Shown: positions 51,467 through 62,268, counted from the stretch's first letter. The stretch: DNA of 64,000 nucleotides from Candidatus Kerfeldbacteria bacterium (GCA_043813585.1 JBDRKW010000020.1:193185-257184); one strand, 5' to 3'. Program-made: numbers and translations. The notes: generated by a model not told the origin, from the sequence alone.

Positions 51467-53746
51467 TTAAAACTTCGCTTTCCTTAGGCGCAAAGAATTT
51501 GATAGCACAGAAACAGAACTGAACGCCATCGCCATTCCGGCAAAAACCGGATTCAACATGATTCCGAAAAATGGGTAAAACAGGCCTGCAGCCAGCGGAA
51601 TACCGATCACATTATAGATGAACGCCCAGAATAAATTCTGCTTGATAATGCGCAGTGTTCGCTTTGACAATTGCAGCGCCTGCACGACTTTGCGGATATC
51701 CCCATGAAGAATCGTTATATCAGCGCTCTCTATGGCTACATCAGTGCCCGTACTCATAGCTATTCCGACATCTGCCTGGGCCAACGCCGGCGCATCGTTA
51801 ATGCCGTCACCGACCATTGCAACGACACGTCCCTCCTTTTGAAGATCCTGAATATTCTTTGCTTTGTCTTCCGGCCGCACCTCGGCAAGCACTTTTTCAA
51901 TACCCAGCTGGCTTGCTATTGCCTTGGCCGTCGCTTCGTTGTCGCCCGTTATCATGACGACGTCAATACTGTATTTCTTCAGACGTTCTACTCCTTCCAC
52001 AGATTCTTCCTTTACAACATCCGCTAAAGCTAATATCCCAACATGACTTTTCCCGCGAGCAACATGGATGACGGTCTTGCCATCATTTTGGAGCGGCCCG
52101 ACGCGCTCCAATAACGCATTATTCAATTCAATAGATTCTTGCTCGAGCAATGACGCGCTGCCAACAAACCATTGTTCGTTACTGATGGTTGCTTTTATGC
52201 CAGCTCCCGCAACTTCTACCGCATCTGTGACTTCGAGGATGGGACAACTGTTGTCATACGCGCTTCGGACAACTGCCGCGCCGAGCGGATGCAAAGACAA
52301 CTGCTCCACGCTTGCAGCATATTGCAGCAGGCTGGTATCGTCCAAATCGGCTCCTTCGGCAACAATCCGGTCGGTGACTTTCGGCTTACCCTGTGTAAGC
52401 GTCCCTGTTTTATCGAACACGACAGTGTTGACCGCGTGCGCCCGTTCCAGACTTTCAGCATTTTTTATCAACAATCCATTGCGGGCAGCCGTACCGGTAG
52501 AAACGATAATCGCCGTCGGCGTAGCCAGGCCAAGCGCGCATGGACATGCAATTACGAGCACGCCAACAAGCGCCGACACTGCGAACGGCAGCGCGCTTTC
52601 AAAACCCAAATAATGGCTTCCAACCGTCAACCACAAAACAACAGAAACGACGGCAATGATAAGAACTGCAGGAACAAAATACGCCGCTATTAAATCCGCA
52701 AACCTCTGAATGGGTGCTTTCGATCCCTGCGCATCCTGCACCATACGAATGATCTGGGCCAACACTGTATCCGCTCCCACTGCCGTGGTCTTCACGCTAA
52801 TTACGGCTTCAGTGTTTACGGTGGCGCCAATAACAACGTCCCCGACAGCGCGCTTCACCGGAAGGCTTTCGCCGGTTACCATCGACTCATCAATGTGCGA
52901 CGTCCCTTCAACAACTTCGCCGTCTACCGGCACCTTCTCCCCAACCTTCACAACACACACATCGCCCGGCTTCACCTCGTCAATAGGTATATCAACCAGC
53001 TCATCGCCGCGCTTCACATGCGCAACACGCGCCTGCAGCTTCATCAGCGCTTCAATGGCCTCGCCGGTTTTCAATTTGGAACGAACTTCCAAATACTTGC
53101 CGAACAGCACGAATCCAATGACCACAATGACGGCATCAAAGTAAACGGCTTCCGATAGTCCGTATTGTTCGTGCAATTCCGGGAAGAGCAGCACTGCCGT
53201 ACTGTAGAGATAGGCAACCGTCATGCCGATTCCAACCAACGAATTCATATCCGCACTTCCATGCCTGATAAACCGCCAGGCTCCCGCGAAGAACCTCCAG
53301 CCCGAATACGCAAGCACGCCTGTAGCGACAACAAACTGTACGCCATTCAAAATGCGTTCAGGAATGAAAAATTCCAGCCCAAACGCGCGGAACAGTATTT
53401 GCGCAATCATCAGGATAAAAACAATCACTGCCGCAACAAATGCAGGAACTGCTTTTGACCGTAGTTTCGACGCTTCCTGCTCGCGCTCTGTTTTAAGCGA
53501 TGGCACTGCACCCTCCTCCTTCTTTTCCTCTAATTCATGGAACACATATCCATGCGCGGCCAACGCGTTGTTCACCTGTCCAACGCTCACCTGCTCCGGG
53601 TCGTACGCCATTGACGCCGTTTCAGTGGCAACATTCACCGCAATCGAATCGATGCCGTCAATTTTACCGAGGATACGTTCGATAATCGCAGCACAAGAAG
53701 CGCAGGTAATGCCTGTGACGCGAAATTGTTGTTTTGTTGAACTCAT
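51467..53746 (-). CDS. copA: Cu(I)-translocating P1B-type ATPase
   Basis: CASC HMA domain, [24 protein letters not shown] and MAFSS. Confidence 0.95.
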   Translation of the reverse strand: MSSTKQQFRVTGITCASCAAIIERILGKIDGIDSIAVNVATETASMAYDPEQVSVGQVNNALAAHGYVFHELEEKKEEGAVPSLKTEREQEASKLRSKAVPAFVAAVIVFILMIAQILFRAFGLEFFIPERILNGVQFVVATGVLAYSGWRFFAGAWRFIRHGSADMNSLVGIGMTVAYLYSTAVLLFPELHEQYGLSEAVYFDAVIVVIGFVLFGKYLEVRSKLKTGEAIEALMKLQARVAHVKRGDELVDIPIDEVKPGDVCVVKVGEKVPVDGEVVEGTSHIDESMVTGESLPVKRAVGDVVIGATVNTEAVISVKTTAVGADTVLAQIIRMVQDAQGSKAPIQRFADLIAAYFVPAVLIIAVVSVVLWLTVGSHYLGFESALPFAVSALVGVLVIACPCALGLATPTAIIVSTGTAARNGLLIKNAESLERAHAVNTVVFDKTGTLTQGKPKVTDRIVAEGADLDDTSLLQYAASVEQLSLHPLGAAVVRSAYDNSCPILEVTDAVEVAGAGIKATISNEQWFVGSASLLEQESIELNNALLERVGPLQNDGKTVIHVARGKSHVGILALADVVKEESVEGVERLKKYSIDVVMITGDNEATAKAIASQLGIEKVLAEVRPEDKAKNIQDLQKEGRVVAMVGDGINDAPALAQADVGIAMSTGTDVAIESADITILHGDIRKVVQALQLSKRTLRIIKQNLFWAFIYNVIGIPLAAGLFYPFFGIMLNPVFAGMAMAFSSVSVLSNSLRLRKAKF

Positions 53747-53961
53747 ATAACTTCGGTTGACTCGACCGCGTACTTCCCACTCTTCTCAACAACGGCTCTC
53801 ACCGCATCCACCTGGTCTTCTTCCAGCTTGATCTTCATCTTTCCATCTTTAAATGACAACGATTCGGGTGCAGGCAACTTTGCCTCTTCCAAATCCATCG
53901 TAATCAGGCTTGCACAGGAATGACAATCCATCCCTGTAATTGTAAAGAGATACGTTTTCAT
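53743..53961 (-). CDS. HMA-domain copper chaperone (CopZ-like)
   Basis: [17 protein letters not shown]; ATG at 53961; stop overlaps the copA start. Confidence 0.85.
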   Translation of the reverse strand: MKTYLFTITGMDCHSCASLITMDLEEAKLPAPESLSFKDGKMKIKLEEDQVDAVRAVVEKSGKYAVESTEVI

Positions 53962-54016
53962 AATTGTACTGTTAATTAATGATATTAGAGCATGTTTAAG
54001 AACGATTGTCACACTA

Positions 54017-55366
54017 TTATTCAACAACCGTGAATTCGCCATACGCCATACCCATGCCGCAGGTAAATGACAGCGTTCCTTTTTTCTCCGCCGTGAATTC
54101 GATGATCGTATCGCCGGATCGGGACAATGACTTCGTGATTCCAAGCGATGGAATCGTCAGCACGGACGTACAGCCGTTTGCGTTGGAGCCGTCAACTACC
54201 CATTGCACCGGTACACCTTTTTTAATGGTGATAGCATCCGGCACATAGTACAGGCCATCAACAGCCATATTTACCACCTGCGCGCTGTCTTGAACCTCCG
54301 AAGCCACTGCTGAGCCCGTCTCGCTGCCAGATGTAAACAGCCGCACCGGATTCACTCCCAGTAAATTCATGGCATTCTTCACGTTGTACAACCCAAGCAG
54401 CAACACAATAGAACCTGCGATCAGCATAAACCACCGGTACACGGCACCGCGCGTCGAAGTAAAGCTGGCGATCGCCCCTATGCCAATCAGCGCCGGGATT
54501 GTTCCAAGCGCGAACACCATCATCGTCATCGCTCCTTGGAAGAAGTTTCCGGTCGTGAGCGCGTACAGCTGCATGGATTGTGTAAATCCGCAAGGAAGGA
54601 AGAACGTCATTGCGCCGAGTGCAAACGGTATCCACCACTCCTGTCGCTCTGCCATGTCATGAATCCAATGGCTCACTCGCTTTGGCATCTTTGGAATCCA
54701 CTTCTTCGATCCAGATAAGCCAAGAAGATCCAACGCCAGAACGATCATCACCAGCGCCGCACCCAGCGAAATCAAACCCATGATTCGCGGAGACGGTGCA
54801 AGAACCGATCCAATCACTGCCACTAATCCACCGAGAAAGAAGTACGAAATGATTCGTCCGCCGTTAAAGAACAGATGCGCCCGCAACAGCTGCAATTTGG
54901 ACGCGCCAGGGTTGGACCGCTTCACTGTCGCTGTAAAAGTCAAAACCAGTCCGCCGACAACGGCAATGCAGGAAGAAACCGATGCAATCAAACCAACTAC
55001 AAAGATCGCAGGGTACGTGAGCGTTTCATCAACTGCTGCATTTAAGTCAAACAACCCAAATGCCGATACCAATACATACAGCACAATAAGCGTTATAACG
55101 ATCTTCACAAGGTGCCGCCAGTTGAACGGGCGCCGATTTGCATCCTCTTCGTCAATTACGCAATAATCTGTATCCTGCAGAAGCTCTTCTACGTCTTTAC
55201 GCTGCAACCGCGTTCCGGATGTCGTTGTTACCGTGCACGTACCGTCTCTATTACATACTTCTACGCGTTCCAATCCTTCAACCGGCTTGAACTTGCGTTC
55301 GATGACGGTTTCGCAACTGGTACATGTCATTCCATCGATATGGAATATTTGCGTCTTATTTGCCAT
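54017..55366 (-). CDS. HMA + DsbD_2/TauE-like membrane domain + cupredoxin-like domain protein
   Basis: GMTCTSCE; SSCIAVVGG, FNGGRIISY, FLPCGFTQ; C-terminal GC...FTCGMGM. Confidence 0.88.
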   Translation of the reverse strand: MANKTQIFHIDGMTCTSCETVIERKFKPVEGLERVEVCNRDGTCTVTTTSGTRLQRKDVEELLQDTDYCVIDEEDANRRPFNWRHLVKIVITLIVLYVLVSAFGLFDLNAAVDETLTYPAIFVVGLIASVSSCIAVVGGLVLTFTATVKRSNPGASKLQLLRAHLFFNGGRIISYFFLGGLVAVIGSVLAPSPRIMGLISLGAALVMIVLALDLLGLSGSKKWIPKMPKRVSHWIHDMAERQEWWIPFALGAMTFFLPCGFTQSMQLYALTTGNFFQGAMTMMVFALGTIPALIGIGAIASFTSTRGAVYRWFMLIAGSIVLLLGLYNVKNAMNLLGVNPVRLFTSGSETGSAVASEVQDSAQVVNMAVDGLYYVPDAITIKKGVPVQWVVDGSNANGCTSVLTIPSLGITKSLSRSGDTIIEFTAEKKGTLSFTCGMGMAYGEFTVVE

Positions 55367-55371
55367 AGATT

Positions 55372-55415
55372 AAAAAACGTTATTTGTTAAATGCGCCTAA
55401 AAAACAAACAACGCC
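55372..55415 (-). terminator. Terminator/attenuator-like hairpin between the small ORF and the copper operon
   Basis: GGCGUUGUUUGUU / AACAAAUAACGUU 13-bp stem with G-U pairs only on the minus strand, followed by a U-run. Confidence 0.55.
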
Positions 55416-55769
55416 TTACTCGATCAGACGTACGGTTTCAAAATGATAGAGCGGCGGATACCACTCCTTTTGATGTATGTACAACTCAAGTTTCCGGAAC
55501 TCGAAAACAACTATAATGCTTGCCGCAACAGCAAGCAGAAACGTAACAAGATTGAGGATCATTTCCTGGCCACCAGGAACAGTCGCAGACGCAAGGCAGT
55601 GCTCCAGGCAATCAAAATCAATGCCCATAATGCACGTAACTCCTTCGCAGCCATCCATCTGTATGGCCGGCATCATCTGCATATTTCCATGATGAAACCC
55701 AGGAACCAGCTGAAAAAAGCCGGAAACCGTGACAAAAATGATAAACAGCAGTGCTGCAACATATTTCAT
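55416..55769 (-). CDS. Small Cys/His/Met-rich membrane protein upstream of the copper operon
   Basis: TM, then HHGNMQMM..CEGVTC..CLEHC, TM, YPP tail; TGA-TACACT 7 nt before ATG 55769. Confidence 0.75.
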   Translation of the reverse strand: MKYVAALLFIIFVTVSGFFQLVPGFHHGNMQMMPAIQMDGCEGVTCIMGIDFDCLEHCLASATVPGGQEMILNLVTFLLAVAASIIVVFEFRKLELYIHQKEWYPPLYHFETVRLIE

Positions 55770-55812
55770 ATCCGCCAGTGTATCACAATCACTCATTTAA
55801 TCCACTCTATCA

Positions 55813-55841
55813 TTGACAGCAGGCCGTTCTTCCGTTATACT
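55813..55841 (+). promoter_or_regulatory. Sigma70 promoter of typA
   Basis: TTGACA-17 nt-TATACT, 9 nt before the ATG. Confidence 0.85.
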
Positions 55842-55850
55842 CCGCCGGTT

Positions 55851-57650
55851 ATGGATTTCAGAAATATAGCTATAATCGCCCACGTTGACCACGGCAAAAC
55901 GACGCTCGTTGATGCCATGTTTGCGCAATCTCAAACCTTTTCCGCACGCGAAGCGGTAGTGGAACGGGTCATGGACAGCAACGACCTGGAAAAAGAACGC
56001 GGCATCACCATTTACGCAAAGAATGCCGCTATTACGATTGGCGACGCTAAGGTCAATATTGTCGACACGCCCGGGCATGCTGATTTCGGTTCGGAAGTGG
56101 AACGCGTGCTGCGGATGGTGGATTCGGTGCTACTGCTGGTTGACGCCTACGAAGGGCCGATGCCGCAAACGCGGTTTGTCCTGCGCAAGTCACTGGAATT
56201 GGGCTTAAAACCCATTGTGGTAATCAATAAAATTGACAAACCGTCCGCGCGTCCCGATTCGGTGGTTAACATGATATTTGACCTGTTCGTCGAGCTCGGC
56301 GCGAGCGATGAACAGCTGGATTTTACATACATCTTTACGAATGCAAAAAAAGGCATTGCAAAAAACAGCCTAAAGGATGAGAACACGGATTTGAAGCCGT
56401 TGTTTGACGTCATTATGAACAAAGTCGCGCCTTCGAAAAGCGATGTCAATGCGCCAATGCGCATGCAGTCGGTCAACCTGGAATACGATGCTTTTGTCGG
56501 CCGCATGGCATCGGGCCGCATCTATGAAGGAACGGTAAAAGTTGGCATGCCCGTCACGGTTGTGAAGTTGGACGGCACGCGCGAAAAACATAAAATCACC
56601 AAGCTGCTGACGACCCGCGGGTTAACAAAAGTAGATGTGGATGAAGCGGTCGCCGGCGACATCGTATCCGTTGCAGGCATTGCAGATATTAATGTTGGTG
56701 AAACGATTGCCGAGGAGGAAAACGCTGAAGCGCTTCCCGCAATTTCGATCGACCCGCCGACGCTGACCATGAACTTCCTCGTGAACAATTCACCGTTTGC
56801 GGGCACGGAAGGAACGCTGGTGACCACGCGCCAAATCCGAGAACGCCTGGAGCGGGAGCTTGAGACAAATGTCGGGCTCCACATAGAATTTTTGGAAAAC
56901 GCCGATACGTTCAAGGTCAGCGGCCGCGGCGAAATGCACTTGTCCATTTTAATCGAAACCATGCGCCGCGAAGGATATGAACTGCAGGTAAGCCAGCCGC
57001 AGGTCATAGTAATAGAGAAAGACGGCAAGAAACAGGAGCCGTATGAAAATGTCATTATTGACGTGCCGGACGGTTTTTCCGGAGCTGTTATCGAATCGCT
57101 CGGCAAACGGCAGGGAGAACTAAAGGCAATCAGCAGCGAGAATGGTTCAACGCGCCTGGAATATGTGATTCCGACACGCGGCCTGCTCGGGTATAAGCAG
57201 GAATTCACCACCGCAACAAAAGGCGAAGGGACCATGTCGCATGTGTTTGCAGAATACGGACCGTGCAAAGGCGATATTGAAAGCCGTGTCACCGGGTCGC
57301 TTATTTGCGGCAACGCCGGCACCACAACGGGTTTTTCATTGAGCAACATCCAAAAACGCGGCGCGCTGTTTGTTGGACCGGGCGAAAAGGTTTACGAAGG
57401 TATGGTCCTGGGCATCAGCGCAAAAGAATCAATGGTCGTTAATCCGACGAAGGGAAAACAACTCTCCAACATGCGTTCTTCCGGAGCCGACGAAGCGATC
57501 ATCCTTACTCCCCCGCTTGATATGGATCTGGAAAAAGCGCTGGAATACATCGACGATGATGAATACGTTGAAGTGACGCCGAAAAACATCCGCATCCGCA
57601 AACAACATCTGACCAAGCTCGAACGAAAAAGGCACGGCGACAGAGCGTAA
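55851..57650 (+). CDS. typA: Translational GTPase TypA/BipA
   Basis: [45 protein letters not shown]. Confidence 0.97.
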   Translation: MDFRNIAIIAHVDHGKTTLVDAMFAQSQTFSAREAVVERVMDSNDLEKERGITIYAKNAAITIGDAKVNIVDTPGHADFGSEVERVLRMVDSVLLLVDAYEGPMPQTRFVLRKSLELGLKPIVVINKIDKPSARPDSVVNMIFDLFVELGASDEQLDFTYIFTNAKKGIAKNSLKDENTDLKPLFDVIMNKVAPSKSDVNAPMRMQSVNLEYDAFVGRMASGRIYEGTVKVGMPVTVVKLDGTREKHKITKLLTTRGLTKVDVDEAVAGDIVSVAGIADINVGETIAEEENAEALPAISIDPPTLTMNFLVNNSPFAGTEGTLVTTRQIRERLERELETNVGLHIEFLENADTFKVSGRGEMHLSILIETMRREGYELQVSQPQVIVIEKDGKKQEPYENVIIDVPDGFSGAVIESLGKRQGELKAISSENGSTRLEYVIPTRGLLGYKQEFTTATKGEGTMSHVFAEYGPCKGDIESRVTGSLICGNAGTTTGFSLSNIQKRGALFVGPGEKVYEGMVLGISAKESMVVNPTKGKQLSNMRSSGADEAIILTPPLDMDLEKALEYIDDDEYVEVTPKNIRIRKQHLTKLERKRHGDRA

Positions 57651-57787
57651 GCAGCTGAGGACAACCGAATTCACGGTATTTCGGAAGTATTGATGCATTT
57701 GAAATGCTTCTGCATATTTGATAGAAATTATGCTATAGTATGAGTCGGCGATTCAAATGTTAGCCCTGTAATCCGAAAATCCTGTAA

Positions 57788-58804
57788 ATGAAAATCAGCC
57801 GCTTCAATAAATTCTCACTCTTTTTTCTGGCGACACTTATCGTCATTTTGATACTGGTAAAATTTTCAGAGCTTGAAGAAATAATCAAACTAGTCAGGCA
57901 AACCAACTGGCTGTTCATAGGAATCGCCATTTTTTTCCAGTCGCTGACCTACTTCGCCCTGGCGGGCCTGTACAAGGCCGTGCTAAAAATCCTGCAACAC
58001 AGCATTTCTTTCAAAAAACTCAGCAAGCTTGCCGTTGCATCCACGTTCCTGAACCAGATGCTGCCATCAGCCGGTTTGGTCAGCCTGACGCTGATCACAA
58101 GCAGCCTGAAAAAAGAAAAAATCGACAAAAGCGAAAGCACGCTGACGGCCGTGGTGGGTTTTATTCTGATAGGTTCGATTTATCTCTGCTGCCTGATCGT
58201 CAGTATAACCTACCTTCTTCTTTACATCGAAATAAATAAAACGGAAGCTCTTGTGCTGGCAGCCATACTGGTGCTCACGATCGTAATCATTTTCTGCCTG
58301 GTGTACCTGCTGCGGCACAAAAAAACATTCTATGCGCTCGCCGGGCTCCTATCCCGGATTGTAAACAGGGTTGCTCGGATCTTCAATAACGGTGAGTATA
58401 TACGGGAACAGGAAATTATTTTTTTTGTTGATGGATTTTTCCTCGGCATTCAGACAATCACGAAAAATAAGAAGCGCCTGATAGTCCCCTGTATTCTGGC
58501 GGCCCTATTTTTCTTCAGCGATATATTTACCATTTTCTTCATCTTCCTGTCCTTTGGTCTGCAGCTCAATCTGGGAATCATCATAATCGGTTCCGTTCTT
58601 GCTGACGCGCTCGGCTTTGCAGTCGCTGTTCCCACCAGCCTTGGAGTTTTCGAGGTCTCGATGGCGGGTATTTACAGCACCCTTGGCGTTCCGCTTGCAT
58701 CTGCCGTGTTCGCGACCCTGATGTATCGAGCCGTCTCTTTCTGGCTCCCAATCCCGATCGGGTTTCTGTTTTATCGCAATCTGATCAAGGAAAAAAAGAA
58801 ATAA
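57788..58804 (+). CDS. Lysylphosphatidylglycerol-synthase TM / flippase-like protein (UPF0104)
   Basis: FLNQMLPS, P.SLGVFE, YRAVSFWLP; about 8 TM helices. Confidence 0.85.
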   Translation: MKISRFNKFSLFFLATLIVILILVKFSELEEIIKLVRQTNWLFIGIAIFFQSLTYFALAGLYKAVLKILQHSISFKKLSKLAVASTFLNQMLPSAGLVSLTLITSSLKKEKIDKSESTLTAVVGFILIGSIYLCCLIVSITYLLLYIEINKTEALVLAAILVLTIVIIFCLVYLLRHKKTFYALAGLLSRIVNRVARIFNNGEYIREQEIIFFVDGFFLGIQTITKNKKRLIVPCILAALFFFSDIFTIFFIFLSFGLQLNLGIIIIGSVLADALGFAVAVPTSLGVFEVSMAGIYSTLGVPLASAVFATLMYRAVSFWLPIPIGFLFYRNLIKEKKK

Positions 58805-59995
58805 TCATGAAACGTCTTCGGCCGCGTCGCCGGACTGTTTTTTATTGCGCATTGCCTCTTCATACAGCCCCGCCAGTTTTTTGGCCTGACGGTCTATTCC
58901 TGATTCTACAGCCACGCTCCTGGATCTGAGAGAAAAATCATTGTAACGGTCCTGGTCAGCCAGAAGTTCGTTCACTCGTTCCGCAAACAACTGCGGGTCT
59001 TCCTGATGAACGATGAACCCATTCCTGCCGTCCTCAACCGCATCGGTCAGGCCGTCGTCAGAAAGCATCACGACCGGCAGACCGCTCGCACATGCTTCCA
59101 GCAGCACTAGGCCCTGCGTGTCAGTCCGGGAAGCAAATACGAAGCAATCAGCGTCAGTATAAGCATGTTGCAGCCGCTTCCCACGAAGGAAACCGGTAAA
59201 TAAGACCTGGCGATGCAATTTCAATTGGCGTGTCAGCGATATTAACTGTTTCTTATATTTTCCCTCACCGACAATAGCCAGGACGGCGTCAGGCTGCAAC
59301 TGACGCAACTCCTGCATCATGCGTATGAGGAATTGGACATTTTTTTCACTTCCCAGCCGCCCCACAAAAAGGAGAATTTTTTTATTGCCGAGAAAATAGC
59401 GTCGTCGGAAATAGCCCGACTTCATCCCATCATAATCCTGCAACTTTACTCCGGTGGGCAATACGACAATCCTTTTTCTCACGCCTTCCTGCTCAATAAT
59501 GGTCTGGAATTTCTGCGAAGGAGAAATCACCAGGTCAGCCTGGTTGGCTATGAAGCTGCAATACCGCTTGGTCGCTTTCGGCGTGATAATTCTTCCCTTC
59601 AGCGTATAATGGCGTATGTATTCCGAATAATAGGTATGGTACGTCATGATGACCGGTTTGTTTTCTATCCGCCCCGTCATCGCACCGAGCGCGCCAAGTG
59701 AAAACGGCGTATGCGAATGAATGACATCGAGTTGGAGCTTAGAAATATGGTAATAATTCCGGAAAGAAAACGGAATTGCCAGCGGATACCCCGGCACAAG
59801 CAGTGACCGGACAGAATGGAACTGGTAAACCCTGTCGGCAACATCCGCAGCCAGCTTGGTCAGGAAAAAAGCCGACGGCGCGAAGATAAACACTTCATGC
59901 CCTCGTTTTTCCAGCGCTTCCTTATACAAATCAATGGAGCGCACGACGCCGTTGATATTTGGCTTGTAGGTGTCTGTGAAAAAACCGATTTTCAT
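58805..59995 (-). CDS. GT4 glycosyltransferase (diacylglycerol glucosyltransferase-like)
   Basis: FTDTYKPNINGV, HSHTPF, TYHT, VGRLGSEKN, DTQGLVLLEA. Confidence 0.9.
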   Translation of the reverse strand: MKIGFFTDTYKPNINGVVRSIDLYKEALEKRGHEVFIFAPSAFFLTKLAADVADRVYQFHSVRSLLVPGYPLAIPFSFRNYYHISKLQLDVIHSHTPFSLGALGAMTGRIENKPVIMTYHTYYSEYIRHYTLKGRIITPKATKRYCSFIANQADLVISPSQKFQTIIEQEGVRKRIVVLPTGVKLQDYDGMKSGYFRRRYFLGNKKILLFVGRLGSEKNVQFLIRMMQELRQLQPDAVLAIVGEGKYKKQLISLTRQLKLHRQVLFTGFLRGKRLQHAYTDADCFVFASRTDTQGLVLLEACASGLPVVMLSDDGLTDAVEDGRNGFIVHQEDPQLFAERVNELLADQDRYNDFSLRSRSVAVESGIDRQAKKLAGLYEEAMRNKKQSGDAAEDVS

Positions 59996-59997
59996 AT

Positions 59998-60711
59998 TCA
60001 GCGGATATCATCAAAAGATAAGGGGGGTTTATGCAGGATGAAAAATCGAACATAATTCTTTATCGTATAGCAGAGTAACTTCAACGAACCGCTTTGCAGC
60101 CGGCGTGCAGACACCTCGACGAAAATATCAGGGCAGTACGCAACCGACCCCTGCTCCTTCATCTTGCAAACCAAGTCAATATCCTCGCACGAATGAAGTG
60201 ACCTATCATATCCGCCACTGCGCCGAAACGCCTCTGACCTGAATGCCAGGTTATTGCCTGCTGCGTTGTCATTCCCAAACAGCCTACTGACACGGAGGAA
60301 CGCCGGGTATACTATGCGGCTCGAAACTCGGGCAGCCCACCCGCCATCAAAAAAATATACCGGCCCATACACGGCCGCAGCATCGGGGCGAGCAATAAAA
60401 AAATCGTTAATTTGTTCCAGCCAGTCGGGCGGCACAATGGCATCGGCGTCTGTTGAGGCGATAATTTCATGCGTAGCGGCATCGGAACCCTCCTGCCGCG
60501 CGCGCGTCACCCCTTTTTCGCCCGGAAAAATAAATTGATATGCCAGCCCTTCCCGATCCAGCAGCTGTTGAGCGACCGCCTTTGTATTGTCGTCCCCTGT
60601 TATGGCCAGGACAACTTCAAAATCTCGATACGTCTGCCGTGCAAGGGACTGCAGCGTTCTTTCTATATACTTCTCCTCATTATATGACGGAATAACAACA
60701 GAGATCTGCAT
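59998..60711 (-). CDS. GT2 glycosyltransferase
   Basis: SVVIPSYNEE, TDAD, EDIDL, SARR. Confidence 0.9.
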   Translation of the reverse strand: MQISVVIPSYNEEKYIERTLQSLARQTYRDFEVVLAITGDDNTKAVAQQLLDREGLAYQFIFPGEKGVTRARQEGSDAATHEIIASTDADAIVPPDWLEQINDFFIARPDAAAVYGPVYFFDGGWAARVSSRIVYPAFLRVSRLFGNDNAAGNNLAFRSEAFRRSGGYDRSLHSCEDIDLVCKMKEQGSVAYCPDIFVEVSARRLQSGSLKLLCYTIKNYVRFFILHKPPLSFDDIR

Positions 60712-61253
60712 TAGAATCGTGCAAACTTATCAAGGCGGTACAGGTAGTAGCCGCTCGCTGCTGCCGCAAAACAGACGGCCACGATAATGGCGGCATACTT
60801 GTACGGCAAATCAACCAGGTAAAAAAATCCGGCCGTATACGTTATGAGCGCTGAAATTTTCGAGGGCCACAGGCTTTCGCTGAACCATTTCTTCCACTTT
60901 GAATAGACCCACATCTGCGCAACCAGCCCCAGAATAAAAAGCCCGACAAACAGGCCTATGATCGGCAGCGGCATTCCCAACGTGCTCACGCCAAACAAAA
61001 TGATCGACAGCGTGAAAAAAGTATCCGCAACTGTTTCAATACGCTCGCCAAACTTAGATTCCATATGCCAACGTCGTGCCAGGAACCCGTCCAGCCGGTC
61101 ACTGACCAGGACAGATAGGTAAACAGCCACTAACAGCGGCAGGGAGAAACTACGAAAAATCGCTGCAATAAACAACAAACCCGCGAGAATTCGCGTGTAC
61201 GTCAGGATATTTGGAATGCTAAGATAATTTGTTTTTGATCTGTCGGCCTGCAT
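60711..61253 (-). CDS. CDP-alcohol phosphatidyltransferase family protein
   Basis: PNILTYTR, SDRLDGFLARR..SKFG...E..AD; ATG 61253 chosen because a -10 box overlaps the TTG at 61277. Confidence 0.85.
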   Translation of the reverse strand: MQADRSKTNYLSIPNILTYTRILAGLLFIAAIFRSFSLPLLVAVYLSVLVSDRLDGFLARRWHMESKFGERIETVADTFFTLSIILFGVSTLGMPLPIIGLFVGLFILGLVAQMWVYSKWKKWFSESLWPSKISALITYTAGFFYLVDLPYKYAAIIVAVCFAAAASGYYLYRLDKFARF

Positions 61254-61345
61254 AAACTCTATATCATCATCAGCCAACTATAACACATCTACAAGCCTAA
61301 TATGCAACAATGAACTGAGTTCACACAGAGATCGCGAACAATCCA

Positions 61346-61669
61346 TTAATGGGGTGATGTTATCTCCGCAACTAGGAATAAAATCAACAAGGCACCAACA
61401 ATCGTTGAAAGAAAAACCAGCACCGCCCGTTCTTTCCCTTTTGTCAGCGCGACAAGTCCGGTGACAAAAGCAGCAATACCCGATCCGAAACCAGCCAGCA
61501 TGGGTAACGCTACACCAGGTCTAGCAACTATGTCCTTCAAGATCGTTTCGCCTGACGATACGCCTTCATACACGTTTACGAGCAAACTGCCGATAACAAA
61601 AAGCATCGGCATGGTAACAATAAGGCCGATTGACCATTTCCCCAGTTTTGTTATTGGAACAATGTTCAT
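61346..61669 (-). CDS. Small three-TM hypothetical protein
   Basis: P.TKLGKWS, KERAVLVF; hydrophobic segments. Confidence 0.75.
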   Translation of the reverse strand: MNIVPITKLGKWSIGLIVTMPMLFVIGSLLVNVYEGVSSGETILKDIVARPGVALPMLAGFGSGIAAFVTGLVALTKGKERAVLVFLSTIVGALLILFLVAEITSPH

Positions 61670-61745
61670 AGATGTTTGTTAATTAAAGTATCTCAAATAT
61701 AACATATTCGCTGGCAGCTTGGAAAGATATTCAGTTTGTACTGAT

Positions 61746-61820
61746 TGGCAGGGGCGGCAGGATTCGAACCCGCAGTCACCGCTTTGGAGGCGGTTGGTTT
61801 AGCCGTTAACCGACGCCCCT
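61746..61820 (-). tRNA. tRNA-Trp (CCA)
   Basis: AGGGGCG/CGCCCCT acceptor stem, ACCGC-CTCCAAA-GCGGT anticodon arm, TTCGAAT loop, encoded CCA end. Confidence 0.95.
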
Positions 61821-62268
61821 ATACGTTGTCTTGTGGAAGTTGCATTAATCCTTTCATGTCGCCGACCGCTTTCGCAATCTGTTCATCGGTCAGCTGCCCG
61901 GTTACCAATGAAATCTGCTGTACAATCTGCGTAAACTTCGCGTCCGCAAACTGTCGCGGGACAATATGGATCATCAGGTGGCTGTCCTGAGACACCTCAA
62001 CCGTACCGTCATTCATCAAGATCGTAAACCCGTGCGTGCGCGTATAGCGCATGGCCCAAAACGACACCTTCTTGATCAGGTAGCCGAACTCTTCCATCTG
62101 CTCGTCATTGAAACTGTAAAAATGCGGATCGTGGTGCTTTGGCACGATGATCACCTGCCCGGCCGCAATCGCATTGCGCGAAACAAGAACGCGGAACAAC
62201 TTTGTTTCGTAGAACTGTTCCGGAGGCGTTGGCGCTCCGTCGCAATATTGACACGATGTGGTTGGCAT
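61819..62268 (-). CDS. HIT-family protein with a degenerate triad
   Basis: CQYC, IVPKHH, GFTILMNDG, HLMIHIVPR. Confidence 0.8.
   Translation of the reverse strand: MPTTSCQYCDGAPTPPEQFYETKLFRVLVSRNAIAAGQVIIVPKHHDPHFYSFNDEQMEEFGYLIKKVSFWAMRYTRTHGFTILMNDGTVEVSQDSHLMIHIVPRQFADAKFTQIVQQISLVTGQLTDEQIAKAVGDMKGLMQLPQDNV

Noticed and set aside
51036-51468. 10-bp inverted repeat (AAAAAAAGAG/CTCTTTTTTT) flanking the orphan gene, as possible MITE/IS ends
   Set aside because: Low complexity, no target-site duplication and no transposase.
55443-55850. 136-aa N-terminal extension of TypA in the ORF track
   Set aside because: A consensus promoter lies inside it, the family N-terminus begins at ATG 55851, and it overlaps the opposite-strand small gene.
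57651-61760. Integrative element at tRNA-Trp
   Set aside because: No integrase, and I found no duplicated tRNA 3' end by eye.
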